A stretch of DNA of 64,000 nucleotides from Podospora anserina (Eukaryota): NCBI GenBank assembly GCA_017654855.1, contig CM030332.1:3472001-3536000 (forward strand). Reading direction: 5' to 3'. How positions within the stretch are numbered: the stretch's first letter is position 1; each line of letters begins with the position of its first letter. A program made the translations under genes and the position numbers. The notes below the pieces were generated by a model. The model had not been told where the DNA came from and searched no databases. It worked only from the letters and a program-made list of their open reading frames with translations. This document shows positions 1 to 13,389 of the stretch, one piece after another.

Positions 1-578
1 CGGGGGAAGGAGCACTGCCGAAGCGCGGAGAGGGTGGACGGGCGGGCGATTTCGTCAATATCTGCGATGACTAGGACGTCGTGAAGATTGGGAAAAAAGG
101 GGCCGGAGAGGGAGGGGAAGACTTGCGTCAACATGGCGTTCCGTTGAAAGTCTTCAATGTTCCAGGTTGATTTTGGGGCAAAGTCCTCCGGGTAGGTTAT
201 TTCATGGTAGATAATCTTGGACTTGTACCTCGCCATCGAGCTGGAGGGGTTGGCGAGGGCGGTTTTGAGGTGGAGGGGCTTGGGCAGGTTGGTAAAGGTT
301 CGGGGTGACTCGACGACGACAAAATAGTCGACCTCGTTCCATGTGCTGTTTAGTCTTATCTCCAGCCAGTCGAGCTCGGTGTTGATCATGGTCAAATCGT
401 AAACTTTTCGGGGAGGGGCCGAGCGGGATAATCGGGAAAAGGGTTTCCAGCCGTGGGGGCGGCATATTGTATCGTTCGTAATGTAGTAGGAGGTGAAGGC
501 TCGGTAGAGGAAGTGGAGGGTCGTCAGGAAGAAGGCGATTTTGATGATGCGCCATAGACGTGGCCTTCGAAGCGCCAT
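1..578 (-). CDS. Glycosyltransferase family 17 (beta-1,4-GlcNAc-transferase III-like); 3' end runs off the window
   Basis: Not in the ORF track. Manual translation from ATG 578 gives MALRRPRLWRIIKIAFFLTTLHFLY (signal anchor)...RKVYDLTMINTELDWLEIRLNSTWNEVDYFVVVESPRTFT...PKPL...VLVIADIDEI. These are GT17 motifs including DxD. Confidence 0.85.
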   Translation of the reverse strand, partial: MALRRPRLWRIIKIAFFLTTLHFLYRAFTSYYITNDTICRPHGWKPFSRLSRSAPPRKVYDLTMINTELDWLEIRLNSTWNEVDYFVVVESPRTFTNLPKPLHLKTALANPSSSMARYKSKIIYHEITYPEDFAPKSTWNIEDFQRNAMLTQVFPSLSGPFFPNLHDVLVIADIDEIARPSTLSALRQCSFP

Positions 579-1014
579 CCTGCTTCGTGGCTTTTTTCCG
601 TCGTCGGAAGTCACGAGCATGGTCGGAGTACGCTTCAGTCTGGGAAATCCACGTAATCCTCCCAGCAGTCTCTTGCTGCTCTTGGCTGTTGCTTTGGCTG
701 GAAACACGATAAGAAATGTTGGCGCAGCATTCTTTGATAATGTGCGTGGCCAGTGCTTGTGGCACCATGTGCCACAGGAACCTTCATTTTTAGCGGCTGG
801 TACGGAGGGCTCAAATGGAATGCAGCTGTCGGAAAGGGTAAAAAGTAAAGGTCAGAATGTTGTAAACACCAGAAGGCCCGGGAAAACTGTGAATAGCTTC
901 ACTTACACACAAATCCAGACTGACAAGGGTACCCTTGTTGCACTGCAACTTCACTCCTCGGACTCCACAGTCCGACGGGATGTTTTATTGCCTTGACTCT
1001 AACCCTGTTTGTCG

Positions 1015-2022
1015 CTACAACCTTTTGTACCACAACCTCCTCACCTCACTTTCACGTTTGTCTCTGTCTGTATAAAACCATTCTGGAAGCCAGTCTTGAA
1101 AGTCTCTTTGTGAGCCTGGGTCTGCAGCAAAGGTAATCCCATCAATATTGGGCGGTGGCCTTGATGGGCTCGTTCGTGAGAATACTCTTGCGGTGTTAAA
1201 GTCGAATATCACAGCTCGTAGTGACGGGCTTTTCATGTTTCCAATAAACAGAATGTTGCGTGGTGAAAAGTCGTCTTGTGATATCCCTGCTGTCTTGAGC
1301 TTCAGGTATGACTTTACAGCGCACACATACGAGTAAACGCGGGCGTCGTCTGAGGCGGGCACCTGCTTGCTGTCAATCAACTCCTTCATGGTTGTTGACC
1401 CATTGAGAAACTCCATGAGAATCAATGGTACAGTCCTGGTGTAGGTGACACCATCAACAACGAGCTTGATCTTGAAAGAGAAGGACCCAAAGTATTCTGG
1501 GTAGCATCCCCTGATGCTTTCTTTCTCATGGCGTGTCTCGTATGCCTGGAGGTCCTCATAAGCAGCAGCCTCAACGCTGTGGTCGCGTGCTGCAGACCAG
1601 ACAACGTCCGTGAGCAGGCCAATATCTGTACTCCAGTAGTTGTAGTATAAGGGGTCGTAGATTTTGGCGACGTAGCATATGGTGTTGAGGTCATTGTCCC
1701 AGTGGCATGCTACAATTTGAGGCCCAACGCCATCGCCGCCGCGGATCACCGAATCGATGACCAAATATGGTCCTGAACTCGAAAGCTCAGGGGAGGATGA
1801 TGAACCTGGCAGTCCATCGGGCTCGAGACCTTTGATGCAAAATCGAGTTTGCGAGTGCTTTTGAATATCGGCGTGGCATTCAAAGACCTTGGGACCAGAA
1901 ACCCCCCTATAAGCCTGGCCGCCGAATGGAGGGAGAGGGGTGTACGGCTGAACTGCGAGTTTGAAGCCGGCGATATAAGGACAAGGTGGCTTCTCATGGT
2001 TGACTGGAGTTTCCGAGCCCAT
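1015..2022 (-). CDS. Fungal protein-kinase-like protein (atypical, single exon)
   Basis: 335-aa ORF with YVAKIYDPLYY (VAIK-like), EAAAY, PEYFGSF, ILMEFLNG, QDDFSPRNIL (catalytic-loop-like) and IFDFN (DFG-like). Confidence 0.7.
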   Translation of the reverse strand: MGSETPVNHEKPPCPYIAGFKLAVQPYTPLPPFGGQAYRGVSGPKVFECHADIQKHSQTRFCIKGLEPDGLPGSSSSPELSSSGPYLVIDSVIRGGDGVGPQIVACHWDNDLNTICYVAKIYDPLYYNYWSTDIGLLTDVVWSAARDHSVEAAAYEDLQAYETRHEKESIRGCYPEYFGSFSFKIKLVVDGVTYTRTVPLILMEFLNGSTTMKELIDSKQVPASDDARVYSYVCAVKSYLKLKTAGISQDDFSPRNILFIGNMKSPSLRAVIFDFNTARVFSRTSPSRPPPNIDGITFAADPGSQRDFQDWLPEWFYTDRDKRESEVRRLWYKRL

Positions 2023-2473
2023 TGTTTTCGAGCAAACAAAAGGTCAAAAAATTCTCTTGGGGGGCACCCTCGATATCGCGGGGTAAATTGGAGGCTGCCA
2101 AAGTCTCCACAAGAGCTTCATGCGGGGTCCTCCAATTGACTCGACGATTTCATGAACCATTGCCCCTGAGACAGAATTCTCCTTTTGGTCTTCATACGAT
2201 CTGGAGGCGAAGAAGCACATCGTTCTCATCACATATCCAAGAAATTGGTAAGCCTTACCCACTGCTCACAATCCTTCCAACATCTTCCTTTGCCGACTGC
2301 CGAAAACGGACCCCCTTCCGGGATCGTAGCTTAAAGAGCTCGGGGCCGGCAACCCCCACCACTCATCACCAACCTCACTTCATCTCATCTCACCTCTCAC
2401 ACTCGGCCAAGCTCACAACCTTTACCGACCATAACTCTGACATCTCACCAGTTTCACATTTCCAACCGCCAAA

Positions 2474-3218
2474 ATGTTCACCGGCATCGTAGAAGAAATC
2501 GGCGGTAAATCCCCTCCCCTCCCCTTATCCCCCCTCAGCTAACCCCCCCTCAGAAGTAACCACCCTCAACACCACCTCCCCAGACGGCGGCACAACACTA
2601 ACCATCACCCTCCCCCCCACCTCCACCCTCCTATCCGACTGCCACCTAGGCGACTCCATCGCCATAAACGGCGTCTGCCTAACAGTAACAACCTTCCTCC
2701 CCCAATCTTTCACAGTCGGCATAGCCCCCGAAACCCTCCGCCTCACCAACCTCGGCTCCCTCACCCCCTCCTCCCGCGTCAACCTAGAGCGCGCAGTGCG
2801 CGCAGACACCCGCATGGGAGGGCACTTTGTCCAAGGCCACGTCGACACCACCGCCACCATCCTCTCCAAGATCCCCGATGGCAACGCCATCACTTTCCGT
2901 TTTGCCCCCAAAAGTAAAGACGTTTTGAGATATGTGGTTTATAAAGGGTTTATCGCCTTGGATGGGGCGAGTTTGACCGTTACCAAAGTCAATGACGAGG
3001 AGGGCTGGTGGGAAGTCATGTTGATTGCTTATACGCAGGAAAAGATCGTGACGGCGGCGAAGGCCGTGGGCGAGACGGTGAATGTCGAGGTGGACATGAC
3101 GGCAAAGTATGTCGAGAAGAGCATCCAGGGGTATTTGGCTGGTATGATGGAGGATGGGCAGGGGTTTCCTTGGTTGCAGAAGATGGTTGAGAGGATTGTT
3201 GCTCAGAGGTTTTCTTAG
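2474..3218 (+). CDS. RIB5: Riboflavin synthase (alpha chain)
   Basis: Starts MFTGIVEEIG; intron 2505-2553 (GT..CTAAC..CAG); GDSIAINGVCLTV, VNLERA, GGHFVQGHVD, KGFIALDGASLTV, VNVEVD. Confidence 0.95.
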
Positions 3219-3454
3219 GGGGAAAACCAGAGGGGATGGGATGGGTAGGATAATTATTTTGAGTCGGAAAGGATGAGGCGGGGTTGAATAAATCACATGT
3301 GCGAGGCGAAAAGTGACAGCAGGACATGTCATGATGTACGGCGTGGGGTTGCAATCTGTAGTGCAAAAGTGTATTAAAATAGCCTGTCGGGTATCAAATA
3401 TATATCTCTCCCAAGACCCCCAAAACAGTTGTACAATGTCCATGCTACACTCGA

Positions 3455-5449
3455 TCAAGCATCTCCCCAAACCTCAGCAAGCTTCTGGCTGATCTGTTTG
3501 CTGAATCTCCTCCTCCCAACCAGGTGATCTAACCGCGAAGCAACCATGTCAATCTTCTTCCTCCTGCCCTCCGGCCCAGGACCGCACTGTTCATAAGCCT
3601 CAATAAACTCCCGCGGCGTCTTCCACACCTTTTGTATCTCCATCGCTTTCTCACCCGTGACACCCCTCGTAACCATCAACATTTTCAAAAACAAATCCCT
3701 CAGCGTCATCATCCCCGACTTGGAACAAAGCGAAGAAAACGCCGGGTAGCTGATATGGTGACCCATCTCTGGCTGCTTTCCCCGCAGATCCTTCATCAGC
3801 GGCAGGTAATTATTGGCAGTAAGAACATTAGTCGGAATGACATGCAACGGCTTCCCCTCATGCATGTTCTGCAGCATCTGTGTCATCGAAACCAAATACC
3901 GGATCGTGTCGCCAATCTTTTGCGTCTTCTTCAAAAAGTAGCCATCAACCACCTGAATAGACGCAATAGCCGACTGAACCATCTCTTCACTTCTCTGCAG
4001 CCGGCTCTGGTCCATGGAGATCTCTTCGACAAGGTAGATGACATTCTTGATTCCTGAGCGCCTCAGGCGGAATTTCTGTTCATGAAAGCGACCATCCTTG
4101 ATGCTCCCAATAAGATCATCAAGACGTTTCCGTTCCACAATCCAATCCAGGACCACCTCATCTCCTTCAGCCCCCATGCGTGAAAGCCATCCGGGCTGCT
4201 TGCATTTGGCGACCCAGAGGACGTCCCCTAGTTCCATGGCGCGGGAAATGGGTCGAATTCCTTTTTTGGTGAGTTCCTCTTGAAGGTAATCCCGGTCAGT
4301 CTTTGATCGAATATCGCGGTTATCCAGGACTAACTCGATGGTAAAGGTTCCGGGCGCCATCCGGATGGGTTTGAATGAGGGGAGGCTGGCATCGTCCGCC
4401 ATTGCTTCCCCCTCAGCGACTACGTCCTTGAATTCGTTGTCCATTTCTCTTTTCACAGAGCTTTGGACCTCAGTAGCCACGTCCTTCTGGTCTTCCTCGT
4501 CGTCGTCCAAAAGGATAACGGGGTTGGCGGCCTGTGAACGATACGTTGCTGACTGAGCTGGCCTGCTGGAAACCGTCGAGTCAGTGGCTCCCAAAAAGCT
4601 GTTTGTGCCGCTAAGCTGGTTCAAAAACTCATCTCCGTCGTTTCCAGCCGAGAAATTGCTTCGAACGCCGGTGTTGATCCCTCTACCAAGATTGTCTCCA
4701 AGTAAAGCCGAGCCAGACGCGCTGCCGACCCTATCGTTCCGGGAACCAATAGCACTACTACCTGAGTCTTCGGTCTTGGGGACATCACCCCGAGCAGCAG
4801 CTACTTCTCGGACTCGTGCAGCAACCTCCCATCCCTCATCTGAGAGCGCCCACCGCGTCACAAGCCGACCACGCTTGACCACAAGCTGTTTTGACTCCAG
4901 GGCCTTCATCGAAGCCCATGCTGTGTAGAACTTGATGGGATCGGACGGGACCGTGAACGAGGAATCGCTATAGGGTTGAGCGGCGGCCATAAGCTCCTCT
5001 TTGGACATGCCCGGCATTGCCGCATTTCTATCTTGCCCCGCCAACACGAGCATCAGCGCAAAAGCTCCCGAGCGATACTGAGGGACATAAGTCCTTGCTT
5101 GTCTTGCAGGTGCAGCCCTCCTTAATGCCGGTGCCGGTGTGGCACCATCATCTTGGTCTTCTCCCGGCAGGTGAACCACCCGCTTCCGCTTAGGAACCAT
5201 TGGCATACCGTGCCCATTCTCCTCGCAATGCTTCCGGAGCTGCTGGGTGAGACGCTCGCAGAGCTTGGGACTGAAGCCCTTCAGCTGTTGACACTGAGAA
5301 GGGTGCTGGAGCTTCATCGGGCATCTTTTGAGCGAGTCGTATGCGTGCTTGTAGGTAATCGCACCTTTCGAGTTTCTCTCTTTGGCCGTATCCCACCATT
5401 TTTTCACCCAGCCAAGCCAGAGGGGGTTGGCACATGTAGACTCCGACAT
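3455..5449 (-). CDS. MUS81: Crossover junction endonuclease Mus81
   Basis: N-terminal HhH (YKHAYDSLKRCP), winged helix (YVPQYRSGAFALM), ERCC4 nuclease (MELGDVLWV, IVERKRLDDLIGSIKDGRFHEQKFRL) and C-terminal HhH. Likely start ATG 5449. Confidence 0.93.
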   Translation of the reverse strand: MSESTCANPLWLGWVKKWWDTAKERNSKGAITYKHAYDSLKRCPMKLQHPSQCQQLKGFSPKLCERLTQQLRKHCEENGHGMPMVPKRKRVVHLPGEDQDDGATPAPALRRAAPARQARTYVPQYRSGAFALMLVLAGQDRNAAMPGMSKEELMAAAQPYSDSSFTVPSDPIKFYTAWASMKALESKQLVVKRGRLVTRWALSDEGWEVAARVREVAAARGDVPKTEDSGSSAIGSRNDRVGSASGSALLGDNLGRGINTGVRSNFSAGNDGDEFLNQLSGTNSFLGATDSTVSSRPAQSATYRSQAANPVILLDDDEEDQKDVATEVQSSVKREMDNEFKDVVAEGEAMADDASLPSFKPIRMAPGTFTIELVLDNRDIRSKTDRDYLQEELTKKGIRPISRAMELGDVLWVAKCKQPGWLSRMGAEGDEVVLDWIVERKRLDDLIGSIKDGRFHEQKFRLRRSGIKNVIYLVEEISMDQSRLQRSEEMVQSAIASIQVVDGYFLKKTQKIGDTIRYLVSMTQMLQNMHEGKPLHVIPTNVLTANNYLPLMKDLRGKQPEMGHHISYPAFSSLCSKSGMMTLRDLFLKMLMVTRGVTGEKAMEIQKVWKTPREFIEAYEQCGPGPEGRRKKIDMVASRLDHLVGRRRFSKQISQKLAEVWGDA

Positions 5450-5657
5450 ACTGCGGCGACAAATGCGATCTGCAACCAAAAAGGAAGGTCAAAAAAGAAC
5501 AAGAAACAAAAAAGAAAAGTCCCAAGGCGGGTTGACCGAGACACACACAAAAAAAAGTCGAAGCAAGGGGGAGCAATCAGACGGAACCCGAGGGGATGCA
5601 ATCCATGAGGTTGATTGCGGGTTCTCAAAAGAGAGAAACAATGCCTTGTTCAGAAAG

Positions 5658-5663
5658 ACGCGT
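5658..5663. promoter_or_regulatory. Possible MCB-type element (ACGCGT) in the MUS81/PCM1 divergent promoter
   Basis: Exact ACGCGT about 210 bp upstream of MUS81. A single hexamer can occur by chance. Confidence 0.2.
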
Positions 5664-6171
5664 CGGGACCGCGCCCACAAAATCGCCAGACTGGCGCCAG
5701 GTCATGTGCTCGCTGCCAGGGGACCAGCTCAGGGCAAACTGACGTATGGCTAAGCATTTCAGCCAGATGCGAGCTATGCCTGATTCAGCTAGCGTACCTT
5801 CTATATTTGTGGTGGTGCAGCCCCGCCACTGTCCGCCTCGCATTTCAATGACCTTCACCGACTGCTTCAGCACTGCCAGCCGCTGGAACACGAATCACTG
5901 GACACTTCCCGGGCGGCACTGCAGCTTCAAGTGCGGGGCAGCAGCTCTGTCTCTCCCGATGAAACCTCACCTCCGGTGTGGACCCTGTTATGTTATCGGG
6001 CCTGACAAGGAAGCAAGCAGCTATCACAGTTTCCCCCCGATCGAGAATAAAATCCACAGCTCTTTTTTCCCTCCCTTCCCCCTTTTTTGTTGTGTTAGTT
6101 CTTGGATTCAAGCATCGCCGTAGCAACAAACATCTTCCACATCCTCACTTACAGCACCAAACTCACCTACC

Positions 6172-7859
6172 ATGAGCCACAACGAGCAGATCATCGCCGG
6201 CTCGGCGAAGCACCCAATTGTGCCCCAGCACTACAGGTATGGCACCGCTGGCTTCCGCATGAAGGCCGACCTCCTCGAGGGCGTGACCTATCGTGTCGGC
6301 CTGCTCGCTGCCCTCCGCAGCCGCAAGCTCAACTCCCAAGCCATCGGTGTCATGATCACAGCAAGCCACAACCCCGCCATCGACAACGGCGTCAAGATCG
6401 TGGACCCCATGGGCGACATGCTTGAGCAGGAGTGGGAGAGATATGCCACAGCTCTCGTCAACGCCCCGAGCGACAAAGACCTGGCCAAGATCTACAATGC
6501 TCTGGCCACCGACCTCAAGATCGATCTCGAGGCCCCCGCCAAGGTCATCTACGGCCGTGATACCCGACCTTCAGGCCACACCTTGGTCACCGCCCTCGCC
6601 GATGCCCTCGATGCAACCAATACCGAGCATGTCGACTACAAGATCCTCACCACCCCCCAACTCCATTACCTTGTGCGCGCCACCAATAGCGAAGGCACAC
6701 CCGCCTCCTATGGCGAGGTCAGCGAAGTCGGATACTACAAGAAGCTCGCCGAGGCCTTTGTTCGGACCATGAAGGGCAAGAGAATCCCTCAAGTCCTCCA
6801 AGTAGACTGCGCCAACGGCGTCGGCGGTCCCAAGCTCAAGGAATTCCTCAAGCACGTCCCTCAAGACAAGGTCCCCTTCGAAGTCCAGGTTGTAAACGAC
6901 GATGTCCTCCGCCCGGAGGTCCTAAACCTTGATGTAAGCCCTTCCCCCCTCATCTCCGAGACATTTTACCTCTCCTAACCCCTTTTCCGTCCTCACAGTC
7001 CGGCGCCGACTACGTCAAAACAAAGCAACGTGCTCCCCCCATTCCTAAACCCCAACCCGGCCTGAGATGCTGCTCGCTCGACGGCGACGCCGACCGCCTA
7101 ATCTACTACTGGCTCGATCCAGAGACCAACGTCTTCGTCATGCTCGACGGCGACCGCATCTCTTCGTTGGCCGCCTCCTTCATCGGCGACCTTGTCGAGT
7201 CTGCCGGTCTTCGAGACGAACTCCGCATCGGCGTAGTCCAAACCGCCTACGCCAACGGCGCAAGCACGCATTACATCACCCAACACCTGAAGCTCCCCGT
7301 CATCTGCACCCCCACGGGAGTAAAGCACCTCCACCACGTAGCCCAGGGCTTTGACGTGGGAGTCTACTTTGAGGCCAACGGCCACGGCACCGTCCTCTTC
7401 TCCCCCGACGCCATCAACGCCTTCAAGAAGACCACCCCCCAATCCCCCGCCCAGAAGGAAGCTTTGGACACCTTGGCTGCCTTGACGGATCTGATCAACC
7501 AGACCGTCGGTGACGCTATTTCGGATATGCTTCTTGTGGAAGTTATTCTGGCGCACAAGAACTGGAACCTGAGGGACTGGGCTTTGACATATCAGGATCT
7601 GCCGAACAGACTTGTCAGAGTGGAGGTGGCGAACAAGGATGTTTTTAGGACGACGGATGCAGAGAGGAGGCTTTCTCATCCGGAGGGGTGCCAGGCCGAG
7701 ATTGACCAGGAGGTGAAGAAGTTTAAGGATGCGAGGTCGTTTGCCAGGGCTAGCGGGACGGAGAATGCGATGAGGGTTTATGCCGAGGCGGCGACGAGGT
7801 CGGAGGCGAATGAGCTTGCGGAGAGGGTGGCTGGGATTGTGAGTCGGTGGGGTGTTTAG
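6172..7859 (+). CDS. PCM1: Phosphoacetylglucosamine mutase
   Basis: YGTAGFR, GVMITASHNP, VDCANGVG; intron 6934-6998; SLDGDADR, GVYFEANGHGT, RASGTEN; stop TAG 7857-7859. Confidence 0.95.
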
Positions 7860-8741
7860 TTGATGCTTCAGGGCCGATGCGGGGTTGGTGAGAGGAGGGG
7901 TTTGAGCAAGGCGTTTGGGGGGGTTGATGATGGTGAAGGGTTTAGGACGAGGGGGAGGGCTAGTACGGAGGGGGTGTTGACGGGAGGACTGAGGAAGGCG
8001 AGAAAGGAGCAGGTTAGTACTGGGAGTGGGCACACGCTTGTTTGGACGACGTTTGATATGTCGGTTCATGAGGGGGGGTTTCCGAGGGGGTTTGAGATGT
8101 TGGCTAAGGCGGGGTGGGAGGGGGATGGGAGGGATACGGGGGAGGAGGAACACATGTGGGATTTTGATGATGGGGAGGGGGCTTGGAGGAGGATCAAGAA
8201 GAGCAATCAGATGGGGTTTAGTCCTAGTGATGATGAGGAGGACGGGATGGGTTCGCCAGTCAAACAAAGGCTAAGGGGGAAAAGTATGGGGAGTCTGAGG
8301 GGGGGTGATGGTAGGTTGGAGTATGACATTTCTTTTGGGCAGAAGAGGTTGGCGATTCCGCAGACGAAGCTGGAGGATATCCTCAGGGATGGTGATAAAG
8401 AAGTCGGGGAACCGGCGACGTTCTTGATGAGTCCTTTTGATTTGGGGGCGAGTAGAAAGGAGTATTTTGAGGGGGTTGATCAAGCAATAGGAAACAAAAA
8501 CAGCGCGGATTTCTTTGGGGATTTGACTTGCCTAGTTTCTAGAAACGAGCTATGGGGGATAGACAGTGATGATGAAAATTTGGAGGGTCAAGAAGAAGAA
8601 GAAGAAGAAGAAGAAGAAGAAGAAGAGGAAGAGAAACTGCAGAGCTTCGAGGATATGCTGGAGAAATTGGGGATTGAGTGGGAGGTGTATAAGGCTATGG
8701 GGGTGGTGGATGGTGAGGAGGACACACAGGAAAAGGAGTGA
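7860..8741 (+). CDS. Hypothetical acidic ORF, in frame with and directly after the PCM1 stop codon
   Basis: 294 codons (including its stop) in the PCM1 frame, with a poly-Glu (GAA)n tract at about 8591-8630. No recognisable domain and no room for its own promoter. Confidence 0.4.
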   Translation: MMLQGRCGVGERRGLSKAFGGVDDGEGFRTRGRASTEGVLTGGLRKARKEQVSTGSGHTLVWTTFDMSVHEGGFPRGFEMLAKAGWEGDGRDTGEEEHMWDFDDGEGAWRRIKKSNQMGFSPSDDEEDGMGSPVKQRLRGKSMGSLRGGDGRLEYDISFGQKRLAIPQTKLEDILRDGDKEVGEPATFLMSPFDLGASRKEYFEGVDQAIGNKNSADFFGDLTCLVSRNELWGIDSDDENLEGQEEEEEEEEEEEEEEKLQSFEDMLEKLGIEWEVYKAMGVVDGEEDTQEKE

Positions 8742-9616
8742 GCTTTTGTTATAGAAGGAAAATCCCCCACCTACCCGAAAATTGGTGTTGTTTGATTGAG
8801 CACGGGAGTAAAGCGAGCGAGCAAAGCGGAATGAATGGGTTATAATGAACTGAGATGATGAACTGGGTAACAAATACATCGGTATTATTAGCAAAAACAA
8901 AGCAAAAAAAAATATTGGTGGGCAAAAATAAGGGTCTGCAGAGGTTTAGCAGGTAAGGTATATTTAGTGTTGGGTTGGGCTATGCTTTTTTTCCCTTTTC
9001 GAAGCGATAGTCAGGGTTGGTCAATTTGATTTTTCTGTTTTTTTTTATCCAAAGGGATGAATGAAGGCAATACAAGCTGGGATGATCAATACTACCCCTG
9101 GATTGTCGTAACGATTCACAAAACTTGCAAAAGCAGACACAGCAAATCGAGCCAAATCATCTAACTTCAATGCTCTATTTTTTTTTTTTCACGTCTTTCC
9201 ATTCCTCTCCGGGTATCCCATATGCATCATTCATCACTGATGCACTCCCCATCACCCACACTCGGGGCCATTCTTTGCCAGTCCAGTCTCCTTCCTCATC
9301 ATCAGAGGTATCCCTTTGGCTCCCTTTTTTGCTGAGATAAAATACAGCAAGATAAACAAAAAAAAACGCCAGAAAGACAACCTGCTCTATCTAGTAACTA
9401 AAGCCCCCGAAAACACCTCGCTTTTTTGTCGCTTCAGATATGGTGCGCTACCGCCAGAGCGTCAATCCCGAAATCTTCATGTTGTGAGTCTCGCCCCCAT
9501 CCCCCCATGCAACTTTTACTTGTTGTATGTATGCCAGGCGCAAAGTGAAAATGTAAAAAAGAGTAGTTGGTTATCAGACCTTCCTTGCTAGATATACCAG
9601 GGAAACCGTGATTCGC

Positions 9617-11007
<1,391 letters not shown>

Positions 11008-11543
11008 GTTGGGCTGTCTGTAGCGAGGGTCGGTAACTGAAGATGGTGACGAATTATTGACCCGGGTCAGATTGGAGAGAGAAAAATCAGAAAGGAAAGA
11101 AGAAAAATGGTGCTGGGACAAGCGCGATATGGGAACAATGGGGATCTGCCACTGGCCTGGGCTCGTCGCGCAGAGAATTTGGGTGGAAAGGGCCCGCTTA
11201 ATCGAATGTGGGGTAGTTGCCCCGCCGTCAAGTCCCTGTAAGAGAAAACACCCCACTAAGGCAAACAGGGTCCTCAAGAAGCGACGCTACGAGACGTCAG
11301 GCATGATCAGGCAGAGGCAACATCCACGATTAAGGGACCAGTCAACAAACATGGGATGACCCCTGAAAGTCTAATCATCTCGAGGAAACGCTGCAGTGTT
11401 GGACTCCCTATCTCAAGATGTGAAGAATTGCTGTTAACCCCCTCAACTCCGAGACCATGCAAACTAGAGTCTAAGCAAAGACCAGATCAGACCGTGACAG
11501 ACGAAATATGCAACACCATGTACTCCTTGCTTCCCTCCCCAGT

Positions 11544-12862
11544 TCAAGCCATGCCCGCCAGCTGCAGCAGCCGATTACCGGCCTTGAGGTTAGCACTCTC
11601 ATAGGCCTTGGAGTCCGGAGGGAAGGTTCCGTTGGCAGCCCACAAGTCAAGCAGAGGCTGCATCGGCTCCAGCTCCTGCGGCGTGAGCATGGCCATCTCC
11701 ATCCCAGCCAACACAAAGTGACTGAAGCAACTGTTGAGCTGCTTCTCAAGATTCAGGTGGTAGAAGGGCTCCACAAAGTGGGCCCAGTAGAGATGGGCGT
11801 ACACGCGGAACATCTGGGTGAAGATGGTCTTGCAGATAGTCGAGAACTCCTTGGGAAACCCACTACGCTTTCCAATGTACTCATCAAATCCGTCGGTGGC
11901 GATGGCCGAAGGTGTGAGCTGCTGGTGCTGAGAGAACGAGACACCAGCAGGGTTGGTGGGGAAGACCTTCTCGTCGTCGACCTTGCCAGAGATCCAGCGC
12001 TGCATAAGCGTCATGTACTCGTAGGCAGGCAGCTCAATGGGCTCAAAACGGTTGTTGAGCCATGTGTAGGAGTGGTTACTGAGGAATCATGTTAGTATTG
12101 GCTTCCGCTATTAGAAAGATGGGACATGTCTCACCCTCCAGCTGACATGCGAGGGCATGTGGTCGGGTTGCAGATGCTCTGGCCATTCTCCTCCTTCTGG
12201 TACACAATGCTGACAAAGTTCCAGAGGTTACGATAGTGCTCCACGACTGTTGGAGTTGTCAGCAAGTGAGACAATAAATCGTAAAAATAAAAATAAAAGG
12301 ATGCCTACCTTGACAGGCAACCCATTCACCCTGCTCGACCGCCTTAGGTCGACGACTGAGGGTCATAAAGTTGCCTTTCACGATCTGCTTGGCGTAGGCT
12401 GGGTTGAGCCAAAGCGGGAGCGGCTTCGGGAGGTGGTAGGCGGCCAGTTCATCGTCTATGGAACCGGTCATGTTGGCGGTTGGTGGTAACGGAGATGCAG
12501 GGACAGGTGGGAGTTTGGAAGAAGGAGAAGAAAGGTTGCTTGACGAAAGACTCCTCTGAGAGAGGCCCCCAGGAGAGTTCAGTTTGCCGTCCTCCGATGT
12601 TGGAGATATCGGACTCTTGCTGTTGGGGCTAGGTTTGCTGGAAGCTCCCCTCAGCCGGGCATTTCTGGGGGATTTGTTAGCGGGGACTACTTGTGTGATT
12701 TGTTGTCATCGGCGTGACTGTGAGGCCATGGAAGGAGCGCTTGATCAAGGGGGTCGCTATGTGTACTCGATAACATATATAAAAGGCAAGAGCAAAGTGC
12801 TTCCAGATGCACCAGTACAAGAAGACCTGTGGTACTTACATTCCGGAAAACAGGTTCGACAT
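11544..12862 (-). CDS. MOB2: Mob1/phocein-family NDR kinase activator (Mob2 type), multi-exon
   Basis: Short first exon MSNLFSGI followed by a GTAAGT donor; IVKGNFMTLS, EWVA, TCPRMSAG, YTWL, QMFRVYAHLYWAHF, LNSCFSHF. Confidence 0.88.
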
Positions 12863-13389
12863 TGTGACACCGTTTGACTGGGTTTAAGCTATGTTTAGGG
12901 GATATTGGAAGGCAATGTGGTTCAAGAGCTGCCAGACCAGCTAGCTGTAAGAAATTGAGAGTCAAACAGTGATGTTGGAACCCAATTGACGTTATTTACA
13001 ACCGTCACCTAGTCGTCTCTCTAAGTAAATTAAGTCAAAAAGGGGGAGGAAACTGGCGGTGCCTCGAGAGACCCGCAGGCCAATCTGAAACCGTTGAGCC
13101 AGAAACCACGCTAAGCATCTGATGGGACCAATCAGCGTCGTTGGATGTTATCTTGGCATTAGAGGTACGTACTCGAATCACGTGCCACCGCATGTAGTTC
13201 GTGACCTGCCAAGCCAGGCAAGCCAGAGACTCGCTGCATCCCATTCGCGTCACCTCGATCCGACCTCCAACCGATCCCGGGCCGCACTTTTGCGTGCATA
13301 TACACACACACGTTAAGGCTAGGCAGCAGCCTCTCTCTGTCTCTGGTTAACCAACAAGGGAGGACCGATGGGAATGGGGAAAAGATAAA

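Noticed and set aside
202..768. 188-aa minus-strand ORF in the track
   Set aside because: Wrong frame. The GT17 protein is encoded in another minus frame starting at 578.
1015..2022. Possible Spok meiotic-drive gene (Podospora-like host, kinase-like domain)
   Set aside because: Only 335 aa, with no coiled-coil, nuclease or cysteine-cluster region in front of the kinase-like domain.
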